Source: Lama guanicoe (lineage: Eukaryota). Taken from it: a DNA stretch of 64,000 bases. The position numbers were made by a program, and so were the translations under genes. Below the pieces are notes generated by a model, which was given only the letters and a program-made list of their open reading frames with translations, was not told the origin of the DNA and did not search any database. Location of the stretch: NCBI GenBank assembly GCA_013239625.1, contig MU054391.1, forward strand, positions 8,465,095-8,529,094, in the 5' to 3' direction. Of the stretch, positions 25,962 to 39,082 are shown piece by piece. Within the stretch, counting starts at the first letter, position 1, and each line of letters opens with the position of its first letter.

Positions 25962-26396
25962 TGTGATGATTCATCTTATGTTAACTTCGCTAGGGCATGA
26001 TGCCAGATATTTGGTCAAATACCAGTCTAGAAATTGCTGTGAAGGGATTTTTCAGATGTAATTAACATTTAAATTTGTAAACTCTGAATAAAGCAGGTTA
26101 TCCTCCATAATGTGCATGGGCCTCATCCAGTCATTTGAAGGCCATAGAGAAAAAGACTGAAGGACACCAAGGCAGAGAGAATGCTGTCTCCAGACTGCCT
26201 TTGAACTCAAGCTGCAGCATCAGCTCTTTCCTCGGTTTCCCTGGGCCTGCCTGCTGGATCTGTACATTTTAGACTTGTCAGCCCTCAAAATCACACCCAT
26301 CAATTCCTTGAATCTCTTCTCCTCCTCCTCCTTTTTCTTCCCCCTCCCTATCTCTCTCTCTCTGTCTCTCTCTCTATCGCTCAGCTTACCCTAACA
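25962..26396 (+). mobile_element. ERV-L 3' LTR (MLT2D-like)
   Basis: Preceded by PPT-like gttgacaaaggatggt; starts tgtgatg; ccagatatttggtcaaataccagtctaga; ccataatgtgcatgggcctcatccagtcatttgaaggcc; internal (CT)n tract typical of MLT2. Confidence 0.88.
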
Positions 26397-26774
26397 GGGA
26401 CCACCTTGTAATCACAAATGCTGCCTCTAACACAGCTGGTACAGGAAACCCTCATCCTATTCATTTACGTGAGAGAAATAAGAATCCAAAGGAGTTCCAG
26501 CCTGTAATTCTGTTTTCTATTTATCTAAAAAAAATTGAAATGAAAAGGTAAATCAGTATCCCAACGACAGGAGAAAAACCTAACATAAACTGACCTTCTT
26601 ATTTTGAAGAAAATGAGAGCAAGAAAGATGATTAAATGAAGAATGACAATACAGCAGCTGTAATAATGACGACAAAAAGATTTAGTGTAAATGTACACCG
26701 AGAGCTGATATGATGTCATCAAGAAACATGACAGTTTTTAGAAGGGAGCGCTGCTGTGTGAATGCAGGAATGAC

Positions 26775-26905
26775 TGTGCATGTGTGTGGGTGTGTGTGAG
26801 AAAGAAAGAGAGGGAGAGAGAGAGAAAGAGAAAGAGGCAGAGAGACAGAAAGAGGCAGAGGGAGAGAGACAGGAAGAGACAGAGTGAGAGAAAGATGGAG
26901 AGAAG
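26775..26905. repeat. Degenerate (TG)n followed by GA-rich simple repeat
   Basis: gtgtgtgagaaagaaagagagggagagagagagaaaagag... Confidence 0.85.
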
Positions 26906-28106
26906 GGATGTGATAAAAAATAAATCACGTGGGAGATGCTGAAAGCATCTTTTTATTATGCTACAAACCGAAATAAAAAGGAAATGAGGTAGGAATTTTA
27001 GTGAAATACTAATACTTTGAGAAGTTTTAGCCATTGATTTGAGATTGTAATGTTTCACAGCTAAAATCCTTACTGAACTTGAAGTGTTCTTTCTTTATTG
27101 GGGCTGTTGTTGCTCTGAGTCCAGTGTGATTCAGGGAATAGAGCAGAATGGAACAGCTTTAACTTACTACTTGATTAGAAATTATATTAATGACTTAAAA
27201 TTCCACTATTTTAATATATTGAAATGATATAAATATTGATCTTCTATTCCATCGATCTTTCCCTTTAAATGTCAATAGTACCCTTTTGAAATAACACAAA
27301 ATGCATTGTTTCCCTTTTGCAGATTATCTTATTTTCATTGTTTCCAAAAATTCTCTGATTATTCTCATACATTTTCCCCCAAGATGAATTTTAGAATCAC
27401 TCACATGACTCCACAAAACAGTCCAGGCTCCTGTGACACTGATGTGGAGTGACTGAATTGTGGCCGTCTTTTTTTCTGCGGGGCATGCCTAATCTTTCCG
27501 TCTTTGACTCAGTTTAAATGAAGAGATTCTTATTTTTTTAAATTGCACTTTCCAGCTTCACCTGTAGTAATCATCTTTTGTCCTTTAAATTTTTTTTTTT
27601 CGCAAAAGGCCACCCATTAGTTCAGCAGTTAATAAGAGTCAAATCTGGCCTCTCCCTAGGGTGCCCTGCAGCTTTCTGTTTTGCTTCTTTTCAACTTAAG
27701 GACTCTGTGTTCTCTGACGTGATGATTCTGGGTTCTGCCTCTGTGTTTAGCATTCTGCCACACTCCTTTGCAGCAAAAGTGTTACTATAATTTTCTCCTT
27801 TTGATGAAAGTAACTTTCATGTTGAGCTGAAAATGGTTTCTTGTGCTATGCAGGAATATAGATGCTTTCTCCTTCATGTGTAGCATCGTTGAGCATCCCC
27901 TCTGGCTGCAAGAGTTCAGAGGTATGCTCTGTCATTTATCATTTCATGCCTAACATTCAGAATCAGATTTATCTCAGATGACATTGACATTTTAAAAGGA
28001 ATTATAAGGCTATGCATTTTAGGGTCATGCCACTCTGAACATGACTTTGGATACTGCCTGTTTATGTGTGTAGCTGGGTATGACAGTGTGTTGTGTTCAT
28101 GTGTGT

Positions 28107-28550
28107 TCAATCATTCTTTTATTCATTTAACATGTGTTCATTAATTAGCTGTACTCTTTCAGGTGTGATAGTATTTCAAAAGATGGAAATATTTAGAAAT
28201 TGTGGTTCTACTCTGAGATAGTTTATAATCTATGACAACAATAGGCAAATAAACCAAAATTTTAGAAAACTTGGTTAAGCATTTTGAAAGTAGTAACATG
28301 ACAAGCAGTTGCATAGGAAACGTTACATAGGACTGTAACTTGGTTGTAAAGAAGCAGTTGCACAGGATTAGTGGCTGATCAGGGGAAGCATCGCTGTGAG
28401 CATTGTGGATGGATCAAATCTTGCAGGATGAGAAATTAGCCAGGAAGCACAGTGCGTGGATAAAGGATATTCCTATAATAGAAGGAGCATGTACATATTA
28501 AAGCAGATGGGAAAGCACAGTGCATTCTGTGGCTGGCAGAGTATGTAGAA
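28107..28550 (-). mobile_element. L2 LINE fragment
   Basis: attcatttaacatgtgttcatt...ctactctgagatagtttataatcta...atcttgcaggatgagaaattagccagg: antisense L2 pattern. Confidence 0.6.
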
Positions 28551-29364
28551 TGCTAGAGTTATTAACAATAATTTACAAAATAAATTGTACACGTTTCCCT
28601 GATTCTAGAAAAATTGAAAGCTATGATGTATCTACACAAACATTTTTGGAAAGACTATCTATAAAAGATGGTTTTCAAAACATACCTAAGGGCAGAAAGT
28701 GGAAACTATTTCCTTATTAATGAATTTAAAAGTTAGTGATCTCTGTAGTCACAGTCTTCAGTCAACTCTTTAGACCATTTCTTCTGATTTCATTCTCATG
28801 GGAACTGTAAACCTGTCACTTTCTCGTTTCTCTTAAGCAAGAATATAGGTGACTTCATCCCTCGTTCTACCGTTTGCATCCTTCTCTGCCTTAAACTAAA
28901 GCTTTCTCTGAAGGAGCACTTTAGTTCATGACTTGCACTCCAAAACCGTCACCGGGTCTCAGACAGAGCCGTTTCTCTTCTGACTTGGTATCTCATACCA
29001 GCCACTTTCTGTGGCAGAATTTTATTCATTTTTGAAATCTTAACTTAAGCTTTATTATATTAGAAGTTCTTTCTATTTCTGTTCTAAATGTCTTATCTAC
29101 CTAACTTGTCTTTGAGTACCTTCAGGTCACCTGCAGGACATGCCTTATTTTTATTGGTTTAATCACATACACCTCTGTATGGAATACAAAATTGAATGCA
29201 TATTTCCTAGAATTAGAGGCTATAATATGAGGTAGTATTGTGAAGAAAGACCATAAACAAGACTGCAGCTCTTGCCTTGTAATATATTTCACCCAAGAAT
29301 TGAAGTACCATGTATACCGTGGGTATTTTCAAACTCATAAATATGTGATAGGTTGCCACCAGTC

Positions 29365-30010
29365 TTTTTTTAAATCACTTCATTGACATATAGTTGACAT
29401 ACACAATGCTGCACATATTTAATGTATACAAGTTGATAAGTTTGGAGATACGTATGCACCCATAAAAGCCTCACCACAATCTACATCATAGACATACCCA
29501 TCACCTCCAAAAGCTTCCTCCTGCCCTCTTTTGTGTGTGTGTGTCGTAAGAATGCTTAACATAAGATTTACCCTCTTAGCAATTTTTAAAGAATATAATG
29601 CAGTATCATCACCTATCGGCTCTACGTCGTATGGCAGAAAACTAGGATGTGCATAACGGAAACTTTGTACACTTTGACTAATTCTTCCTCATGTCCTTCT
29701 CTCTCCAGCCCCTGGAAATCATCCTACTCTCTGGTCCTCTGCATTTGACTATTTTAGATCCCTCATACAAATGGTGTCATGTAGTATTTGTCCTTCTGTG
29801 TCTGGTTCATTTCCCTTAGCACAATGTCCTGGTTCATCTATGTTGGCACAGACCGCATGCTTTCCTTCTTTTTTAAAGCTGAATAACATGCCATGGAATG
29901 TATATCCCAGATTCTCTTTATCCATTTGACCACTGATGGACATTTAGTTTGCCTGCATGTGTTGGCTGTTTTGAACACCACTGCAATGAACATGAAAGTG
30001 CGTATTTCTA
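29365..30010 (-). mobile_element. L1 3' end, L1MA9/10 to L1MB-like
   Basis: tgcacatatttaatgtataca; catacccatcacctccaaaag; aacataagatttaccctcttagcaa; ttttagatccctcataca; tttaaagctgaataa. Confidence 0.88.
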
Positions 30011-30066
30011 TGGGAAAATTCACTATTGCAGTTTTCTGTTTTCCAAAATGAACTTGACACAACTGT

Positions 30067-30433
30067 TGTTAGGGGCTCAGCTGTGTTTCTTCAAAATTCA
30101 TATGTTGAAGTCCCAACCCCCAGTACCTCAGAATGTGACTTCATTTGGAGGTAGGGTCCTTAAAGAGGTAATTAAGGTAAAATGAGGCCATATGAGCTGG
30201 CTCTCATCCAAAATGACTGGTTTCTGTCTCAGAAGAGGAAGTTAGGACACAGACTCGTATACTGGGAAGACATGTGAAGACACAGAAAGAGGACAGCTGT
30301 CTTCAAGGTGAGCAGAAAGGCCTCAGAGGAACACTTTGATCTCAGACTTCAAGCTTCGAGAACTGTGAGAAAACAGGTTTCTGATGTTTATGTCTGTGGT
30401 TCTTTGTTATGACAGCCCTAAGAAATTAATATG
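30067..30433 (+). mobile_element. MaLR LTR, MLT1B-like
   Basis: aaaattcatatgttgaagtcccaacccccagtacctcagaatgtgac; taaagaggtaattaaggtaaaatgaggcc; gaactgtgagaaaa; ttgttatgacagccctaagaaattaata. Confidence 0.88.
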
Positions 30434-30499
30434 ACCACTCTGAAAACTCTAAAATTTTAAAACTTATTTCTAAAATTCATCATGGATAATTGTATAGTA

Positions 30500-30700
30500 A
30501 TAACCTGTTTAGAATATGCCTGATGTAACATATGTGCAAGTTGTGTATGTGAATCATCTCCTAAAATTCTCATAGTAACAGTGCAAGGTAGGTATTATTA
30601 TTATTCACTTCTTTAAGTTTCAGGCAAGTTAGGAAATGGCCACAGATCATGGAGTTATTTTACAGAATTTGATCCCATTAAGCTTGTGCTTCAATTAACC
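30500..30700 (-). mobile_element. MIR SINE
   Basis: aattctcatagtaacagtgcaaggtaggtattattattattcac...atggccacagatcatggagtt...agaatttgatccca. Confidence 0.65.
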
Positions 30701-30807
30701 ATCTTTATATCAGACCTGACTATTTCTGTAAATTTCCAGGGAACTGGGAGAAACTGATGACATTGATTGATGTTAATAGTCATTTTTCTTTTTAAACAGG
30801 ACTACTA

Positions 30808-31088
30808 AAAGACTAACAGACATCGAAAACAAATTTATGGTTATCACACGGGAAGGGGGAAGGGAAAATTATAAGTTCAGGATTAACAAATGCACACTAC
30901 TTTATATAAACTGGATAAACAACAAGGTCCTATTGTATAGCCCAGGGAAGTATATTCAGTATCTTGTAATAACCCATAATGGAAAAGAATCTGAAAAAGT
31001 ATATATATATGTATAACTGAATCACTTTGCTGTATACCAAAAATTAACACAATATTGTAAATCCACTGTATTTTAATAAAAAATAATA
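30808..31088 (+). mobile_element. Short L1 3' end (artiodactyl-type) with A-rich tail
   Basis: gataaacaacaaggtcctattgtatagcccaggg; ataatggaaaagaatctgaaaaag; ataactgaatcactttgctgtatacc; possible TSD aacaggacta/aacaagacta. Confidence 0.9.
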
Positions 31089-33676
31089 ACAAGACTAAGG
31101 ATGAGCATATCCTTCCAGATCAATAAATACTATAATGTTACATTAAATAAAACAGTTTAATAAAATGTTTTAGATGTGGACAAATAAGTGAATGTAACAG
31201 AGTTTGACCTAGTTAGAATTGATTCCTGTATAAACAGAAATTTAAAACCTGAAATGCTTTCAAAATATGTGGAGGAAGACTAAGTGATCAAATAATTTGG
31301 GGGAACTCTTTTGTGTCTAAGAAAAAAACCAAAAAAAAACATTAGACAGATATCAAAAATAAACTTAATTACATCCAGTTAGAACTAAATTCCAAGTACA
31401 GTCATCCCTCATCCAAACGAGTATGTCTCGGGCATACTTAAAAGCTACAAAGTTCTTGATGCTGTCCCCCTTTTTTTTATTGTCATAATTTTCCTCTCAC
31501 CCCCTGGTCACTCTACTGATAACATTTTCTTTTCTCTTAATTTTGCTTGTAGCATGTGGAACTGAGGAGAGAAGCCAGCACTCCAATTGTGATTTTGGCA
31601 GTTCTGGATGGAGCAGAATATTACTGCTCTTGTTCTAAACAGATTATTTCTTATATTGAATTTAGGATAACATGAGATTTTTGTTGACAACCACATTGCA
31701 CAAATGAATTGTACTGAGCAACCCATAACTTGAAGGGTGCTTTACGTAAGTTACTTGCAAACATATTTCCACCAGTCATGCTTTACGAAGTCAGTGAGCT
31801 CATTAAAGGAGGAAAAAAGACTGTCTCACAGGAATTTAACCTATTGAAATGATGTTACCAGTTAGAGTCAGCTCTTCTTTTCCTAAGTAATCTAAGAAAT
31901 TCTTTTTCTATAATATACTTTTGTCTTACATTAATTTGAAGCTAAGTCTGGAAGTTTATAAAATTCACTTGCTTATATATTTAAAAAAAATAAGATAGCA
32001 TCTCTTCCTTTTAATCCTTAGTATTTTACCCATTATTCATTATTCTTTAAAGATTCTTAGTCTTATCTTGATAAAACTATTTTCATCTGTCTCTATTAAT
32101 AATATCTGAGGTAGATAAAAGAGATATATTTTTATTTTTTTAATTTCTACTCTCTAATAATGAGTTTTTCTGTGCAATGTTCATAATTCACATCACTTTA
32201 TGCATTGGTCATGATGTATGACTAAAATGATGCCAGAACTATAATCGACTTCACTGAGAAGTTTATAAAAGATATAAAATTGTGATCACAAAATAAAACA
32301 ATTTATGGGATTTTACAGGTGCAGATGGATGGAACATATCAGAATTACTCTTGTACACATAAGCTCCCTAGGGTTTTCATTTTTTTACACTTTAAAACAC
32401 ACACACACACACATAAAGTTTTAGAGAATTCCTAGAAGGTTTTTGAGGACAAAGGAAATTCAATAGAGATCAATAGATACAAGTTATATCTGTAAGTAAT
32501 TGGGCACCTACTGTCAGAAAAGAATAGATGTATTTCCTAAGTCACATTGTTTGAATTGCCCATAAAGACAAAAAAGTTTAGAATGGAGGCTGTGATAGGA
32601 ATTGCCCTATTTTCTGAGAGCAGCTGGTCGTTTGTTCTGACACGTAATATGGGCAGTCAGTTCACAAGGTGCTTGTGGGAGAGGAGAAGGCACTCAAAAC
32701 GCTTCTACAGACACAGAAGCAACGCATCACGATGAATTCTGAAACTTTGGTAGAGCAGTTTTCTCAGGAAAAAAAGAAAAAAAAACAGGATAAATGATTC
32801 TACTCATATGATGTAAGTCAATATTTTAGAAGATATTCCAGTGAAATAACCGTTATATCAAATAGCCAATATTGCATTAGTCATTTAAATTTTCCCTAAT
32901 ATTCTCTAAGGATTAGAATATTTTCTCAAAACTCATGCAGACTATAATCCTTACCTGAACACTTTACGTATAAAGTATTCAATTATTTAAGAATGGAGGT
33001 GACATTAAAGTCATCTAGACAAATAGTTTAAAGAATTTTAAAATATCTGACACATAAATACACATGTGTGTAGACATACATGTGTGGCTATTTATTTGCA
33101 AATGCATACACTTCTGTGTATGTGTATAAATATACATACATGTGATTAGGTTGCTATGTTTTTAACTGGAAATTAAAAAGACAAATCAGAAACATAGAAT
33201 AAAATTCTATCTACTGTTATGCTATCTTCATAAAAAGAAAAATATTTTAACACCACAGTTAAGAGTAACAGAGTCTAATAAAAAAGGAAGGTTATGCCAA
33301 ACTGAATAAAAATTTGAAATGACAGTATTTTGAAATGATAGTCTATATACTTTTTCCTAATTTTGCTGAATACAGTTAATTGGTAATCATTCATTTGGTT
33401 CAAGTCAACATTTTACTTGTTATTTATTACAGTGTAAAATTATTAATACATTTGCTTAATGGCACATAGTTGGATAGAGGCAGACACTACTAATATACTC
33501 TCTTCAGTGTATTAAATTACTGGAAAATCTATACCTTGGAGTCTCCATTTTTATTGAAATACACATATTGTTCTTTATTTAGCATACAGATTGTGTTCCC
33601 GACATTAATTATATCAAACTGAAAAAAAAAAAACAGGTATAATATATAGGAGTTAGGGTCCTGGATTACTTTAATG

Positions 33677-34006
33677 CAGGGGTTGGCAAACATTTCTCTA
33701 AAAGGCCAGAGGGTAAATACTTCAGGATTTATGATTCATGTTATCTTTAACACAACTGCTTAACTCTGCTGGCATAGGGTGAAAGGAGCCATAGATAACA
33801 TATGAACCAATTAGCATGGCTGTATTCCAATAAAACTTTATTGACAGTAAAATTTGAATTTCATAGTTTTAATATGTTGTAAAATATTATTCTTCTTTTG
33901 ATTTTTTTCAACCATTTGAAAATGTAAAACTAATTTTTAGATTCCAGGCTGTACAGAAATATAAAGCAGGCTAGATTTTCCCAAAGGTCATAGTTTCCTG
34001 ACCCCA
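33677..34006 (+). mobile_element. MER58B (hAT-Charlie)
   Basis: caggggttggcaaac terminus; gcatggctgtattccaataaaactttatt; caaccatttgaaaatgtaaaac; catagtttcctgacccc terminus. Confidence 0.88.
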
Positions 34007-34989
34007 TAATATGTTAATACGAATGCAAATATATGACTTCACTAGAATGACTTCTGCAATAATTTAATTTATTTGCTTATAGTTTACTTATATCCTACCT
34101 AGTCCACTTATAGCATATGGATATAGTGTACTCTAAAAGAGAATTTCCATTTTCAGGCACAAGACCTTCCTACAAGACTGGCCTCATGTAATTCCAGTTA
34201 TTATTCACAGGCATCTGAGAGTCTGCCAGTCCCCATTTGAGCTGACTCTGCCCCATGTGGGATTCATGGATTGCTCCTTCTGACACCCTGTATAGGTACA
34301 ATTTAGCTGCTCAGAAATTACATAGATAATGGGGGCACAGAACTGGCAACAACTGAATTCTGGAGGTGAAAAAGAGAACACAAAATACCACTTTCAATAA
34401 TGCTCAAGAGATTTTAACATGTAAGACGTTAATTGTCAGAGGTGGGGAGGGGAATGCAATGGGTCATTTGTGTACAGTTTTCCCAAGGTTTGATGTTAGG
34501 GTAACCATTTTTTTTTTAATTGGGTTGTAGAATTTGTGGAGGCTAGTCGATGTTACTGGATAATTAGGTAGGCTCATATTATTTGGCCTATTTTATGACA
34601 GTTTTGCAGAATTTGTTGGACATTCTGAAGCAAGGAGATCATTAGAAAATAAATTATCTAAAAGCTAATCTATAGATTCAGACGGGAAAAAAATGTTACT
34701 ACAAATGTGTAGCTCTGAGGGGCTATCCTTTTTCTTCAAAGAATTTCTCATCATGTTTTTCTTTTAGGAAACTATAAAGTTAGGCAGAATAATAGAGATC
34801 TTATTTAATCTGTTTATGACTGGTTTAATGACGTTGAATGACACTACTGATTTCTTAGAATAGGAAATAGAAATGAGATTCCTAGTCCTCCAAAATACAA
34901 CAATCTTAGATAAGATATTTGTTCAAAGAGAGGCATTTGTGTTACCTTGGGGAAAGAAACTGTGATGACATACTAAAGCTATGCATATC

Positions 34990-35480
34990 ATTTTGGCTGC
35001 TAACTTCCATTCAATATATTCATTTTGAGATCCATTCAAGTTACAGCATGTATCAGTGGTCCTTTCCTTACTAAGTAGTGTCCCATTACACAGACATATG
35101 ACAGACAGCTTGCTCATCCATTCATCTTTTCATGGACATTTCAGTTGTTTACAGCGTGGGGCTATCACAAATAAAACTGTCATGAACATCGGTGTGCAAG
35201 TCCTTATGTGGATATATGCCTTCATCTATCTTGGTAAATAACCAGGAGTGGAATGACTGTATTTTCCAAAGTGGTTGTGCTATTTTATACTCCCACCAGC
35301 AAGGTATAAGATTTCTGATTTCTCCACATCCTTGACAATACCAGGCGTTGTCAGTCTTTTTAATTTTAGGCATTCTAAAAGATGTGAGCGGTATGTCATC
35401 TTGATTTTAACCTGCATTTCCCTAAAGACTAACGATATTAAGAGTCCAGTTATGTCCTTGCTGCTCTCATCTCGTCTTGG
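34990..35480 (-). mobile_element. Old L1 (L1MB/ME-like) 3' fragment
   Basis: attttgagatccattc; ggggctatcacaaataaaactgtcatgaacatc; ttccaaagtggttgtgctattttatactcccaccagcaa; tgcatttccctaaagactaa. Confidence 0.82.
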
Positions 35481-36066
35481 TGAAATAACTGTTGAATTTC
35501 TTCCTGTTACTTAAAGTGGTGGGGGGAGCACATTTCAGTCCTTAAAAAGAGGCATAACATTTTAAACATACGTACCTTCTGATTAGAGTATACTTCTTTG
35601 AGAAGGTTATGTCCAGAAATAAACTGAAATATATCTATTTCACATATTTTCACCCATTTCCTTTTAATGTCCCATGATACAAATATTAGTGAATAAGTTA
35701 AAACAAGTAGGAGTAAGATAAAAATGATAATACAGATCAAGAGAGGGAATGCTAGCCAGACAAACCTCTAACAGAGACAAGGCTTGTGATTCTCGTTAAA
35801 AGGGTATTCACCTGTATCCATGCACTCTTAAGAAACCATGGTGTGTATGTCGATGTGCACGTGACAGAATGGAGAGGGAGGCAGAGAGAGAAAGGGTCCA
35901 CTTCTGAAGGCTCTCTATGTGCTCCAATTTTAAATGATGCTTCAGCAATAAAATTAGCCCAATAAAAGGTCTCACTGAATCGAAGGTAATTTTGAAAATT
36001 CGTCTGATGGTAACAGCAATTAAAACTGCCTGCAGAGTTAGAGGTGGCAGTGGTCATTTTAGACTA

Positions 36067-36393
36067 TAGGCGTGCATCGGAAATACTATGGGTTTGATTC
36101 CCGACCACTGCAAAAAAAGCAAATATCACAATAAAGGCAGTCACACAAATGTGGGGGTTTCCCAGGACATATAAACGTTATGTCTAAACTACACTGTAGT
36201 CTTTAAAGTGTGCAACAGCATTATGTCTTTAAAATAAACAACAACTATGTATTAACATACCTTAATTAAAAAATAATGTTGGAAAAACGGCACCAATAGA
36301 CTTGCTTGACACAAGGTTGCCACAAAGCTTCAATTTGTTAAAAAAAAATATAAATGCAGTATCTGCGAAGTGCAATGAAATGAGGTGAGCCTG
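36067..36393 (-). mobile_element. Tigger1 internal-deletion derivative (TcMar MITE)
   Basis: Both Tigger1 ends are present and joined (taggcgtgcatcggaaatact...cccgaccactgcaa; gttggaaaaacggcaccaatagacttgct...gcaatgaaatgaggtgagcctg); TA on the left flank. Confidence 0.85.
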
Positions 36394-37376
36394 TGATAGA
36401 CAGGGGCCCCTCCTCACTCTCCAGATTAGACCCATCCATGACTCTTCCTGTCTCTCTGAACTTTACAGCACACTCCTTCTGCCCCAAGAGTGGAGTCTCA
36501 GGCCTTCACAGCCCTTCACGGAAGTTATCACCACGTGGCCACCACCATAAAATAACACGTACAGGCGTCTCGTATGTGGAAGATTTGCCTTCTGTTTATT
36601 TGCAGGGAATTGTGGTTTTTAGAGCCCTGAGGGCAGCATGTCATCATCCTGCCTGTGTGGTTTAGCATTAGGATGAAGGGAGAGAGAAGAAGGCTTTCCT
36701 TCTCTTTAAAGTAGTTTGACAGAAAATTACAATGCTGTGAAAAAGGTTTTTTTTTAAAATCATGAACAAAAATGGCATTAGAGAGAATTCTTTGGAGCCA
36801 AATAAACGATTTACACTGTCTAGTATGGGGGCCTTAAATTCAAGAGAGTTTGTGTTGGTGTCATTCAGCCATGCAGTTTGAAAGTTCTTTTAGACATTTT
36901 TATGGCTTAGAATGTACTTTGAAGTTTTTTTTTTTCTTTTCTCCGCTTAATTTGTTGGAGTCATGCCAACTTGTTTCTAGGCTAGGCTGCCACTTTCGCA
37001 TGTAAGTGACATCTTTTGAACATGGCTGGAGAACCAGACATCAATAACCCTCAGGACGCAGACGGGTTCATGATTTCAGTTCTCTAGCTGCAGGGACTAG
37101 TGGGCTAGAGGAATGAGACAAAGAAAAGAGTGCTTGAAAAACCTGTACAGTCTTTGATCTTTAAACCAAGATTTCAACATCTTCAGAAACTGCTTAAATA
37201 ACAGGATTTACTTCTGTAAGTTGTCTTTGAAACTGCTAAAACATTTTTTTCCTTATACTGCTTTTGTTGAGATAGTAAGATACCTCTCACCTTTAGTATG
37301 TAATCATCATTCAAAGATTGTTATCGGTGAATTTTGATATAAAGCATTTATTTTTGAGCCTGGTTTGTTCACTACT

Positions 37377-37734
37377 TATCTCAGCCTGTTCAGTTTTGTT
37401 ACTATAACAAAAATGCCATGGACTGGGTGACTGAAACAGCAGACAGTTACTTCTTATATTTCTGGAGGCTGGAGAATCCAAGATTAAGGCACTGGCAGAT
37501 TCTGCGTCTGGTCAGAGCTGCTTCTGGACTGCACACTGCCATCTTCTTGTGTCCTTACATGGCTGAAGGGCTGAGGACCTCTCTGGAGTCTCTTTACAAG
37601 GTCACTAATTCCAGCCATGGTGGTTCCACTCTTATGAACTACTTATGTCCCAAAGCAAGAACCTCCAAATACCATTACCCTGGGGACTAGTTTTCAAAAT
37701 GTGAATTTTGGGGGAGCATATTCAATCTATTGCA
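37377..37734 (-). mobile_element. MaLR LTR, MLT1A-like
   Basis: ctataacaaaaatgccatggactgggtg; ttctggaggctggagaatccaagattaagg; acctccaaataccattacc; gtgaattttgggggagcatattcaatctattgca. Confidence 0.85.
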
Positions 37735-37796
37735 CTACCTAAATAGAATGATGGGTGTTTTTGTTTTTGTTGTTGCTTAAATAAAGGACAAGGAGA

Positions 37797-37832
37797 TAGG
37801 TAGGTAGGTAGGTAGGTAGGTAGGTAGATAGG

Positions 37833-37880
<48 letters not shown>
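37797..37880. repeat. Compound tetranucleotide STR (TAGG)7 TAGA TAGG (TAGA)12
   Basis: Directly visible. Confidence 0.95.
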
Positions 37881-37881
<1 letters not shown>

Positions 37882-38336
37882 TGATCGATTTTGTTTTTTT
37901 TACAGTAAGTCCTGTGATTAAGATTAAAGGAGACACAGGCAACCCAGTGTGGAAACGTCAGCACTTCAGATCAGGGTCCCCTCTTGTTCTGCATGTATTC
38001 TGTCTGCAGAGGGGAGAGAAGCCTCCATCTAGACAGGTCCAATAGAACCGGCTGTCTGTCTGAGAACAGTGCTTCCATTTGGGAATTCCTTCCCAGCGTT
38101 TCTCAGAACATGTATTTCTGAATCCCAAATTCTGAGGAAAATCAGTCCAGAAATTATAAAAAGAGACAAAAGTTTCACAGTTTCCCTATTATAAGAACAC
38201 AGAATCATTACTGCTTTGAAGGAATCCCCTGCTGATGTCAAGGCAAAAGGAAGAGCTACTTACAAAGTCAAAGGTTAAGGCTGATATTTCCCAGAACAAG
38301 GACAGAGTACATGAGAGAAGTGGGCATAACTTAGTC

Positions 38337-38621
38337 CAGGGGTCAGCAAACTTTTTCTGTAAAGGGCCAGACAGTAAATATTTTAGGCTATGGTCCTTGC
38401 TGCAACCACTCAGCTTTGCCCTTGCATCACAGACAATACGTAAGTGAATGGGCATGGCTTTGTTTTAAGAAAAGTTTATAAACATGGAAATTTGAGTTTT
38501 ATATAGGTTTTAAGCATCATGAAATATTACTCTTGAATTTTCTCAGCCATTTAAAAATGTGCAAATAGTCTTAGCATGTAGGACATACAAAAATAAGGGG
38601 GCTGTGGTTAGCCAATACCTG
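38337..38621 (+). mobile_element. MER58B (hAT-Charlie), second copy
   Basis: caggggtcagcaaactttttctgtaaagggccagacagtaaatattttaggct; acagacaatacgtaagtgaatgggcatggct; ends gttagccaatacctg. Confidence 0.88.
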
Positions 38622-39082
38622 ATCTGCTCACTCTTTCGGCTGTCATAGGAGATGTGAGCTGGCTATGATTGATGCAAACAGTGAGTCATTTTTTACAAAT
38701 AAAATACATATAAACATAATACATGCATAGCATTCTTTAAAGAAATTCTATAAATGGTATTTCAAGAAGCTACAAGTTTTGGAAGCAAAATATGTCCGTA
38801 AATTGGCAGTTTTGACATGATTCTGTGAGATGCTCTTAACCATGCCAGGAAATCTGAATGTTAGGTTGTTCCTAATCAATGTTACCCAACTACCCAAACA
38901 TGCTCTGTAACCTTTTTTCAGACAGTGAGTCTTCAAATTTTCTGTCAATAGCGTTCTTTGAAAACACATCAACAAAAGAAATACAAAGAGAAGATGATAG
39001 GAATTTCTTTATGAAATACTTCAAAGTGAAATCAGAAACTGATCAAAATTTATATTAGCAAAAGCAGTGCTTATTTTGGTGG

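Noticed and set aside
26738..27058. 106-aa hydrophobic ORF and the overlapping Ser-rich ORF
   Set aside because: These are translations of the GA/TC simple repeat.
27861..27929. Two small adjacent hairpins (GATGCT/AGCATC and GAGCAT..CCTCTG/CAGAGG..ATGCTC)
   Set aside because: The stems are short and interrupted, as expected by chance in 64 kb.
31553..31680. Acceptor-like tttgcttgtag followed by a short open frame
   Set aside because: Frames close within ~40 codons and there is no convincing donor.
34157..34295. Acceptor ttccattttcag with a possible donor gtacaa
   Set aside because: The donor is weak and the frames I checked contain stops.
37722..37964. ORFs with IYLS/TYLP repeats
   Set aside because: These are translations of the TAGA/TAGG microsatellite.
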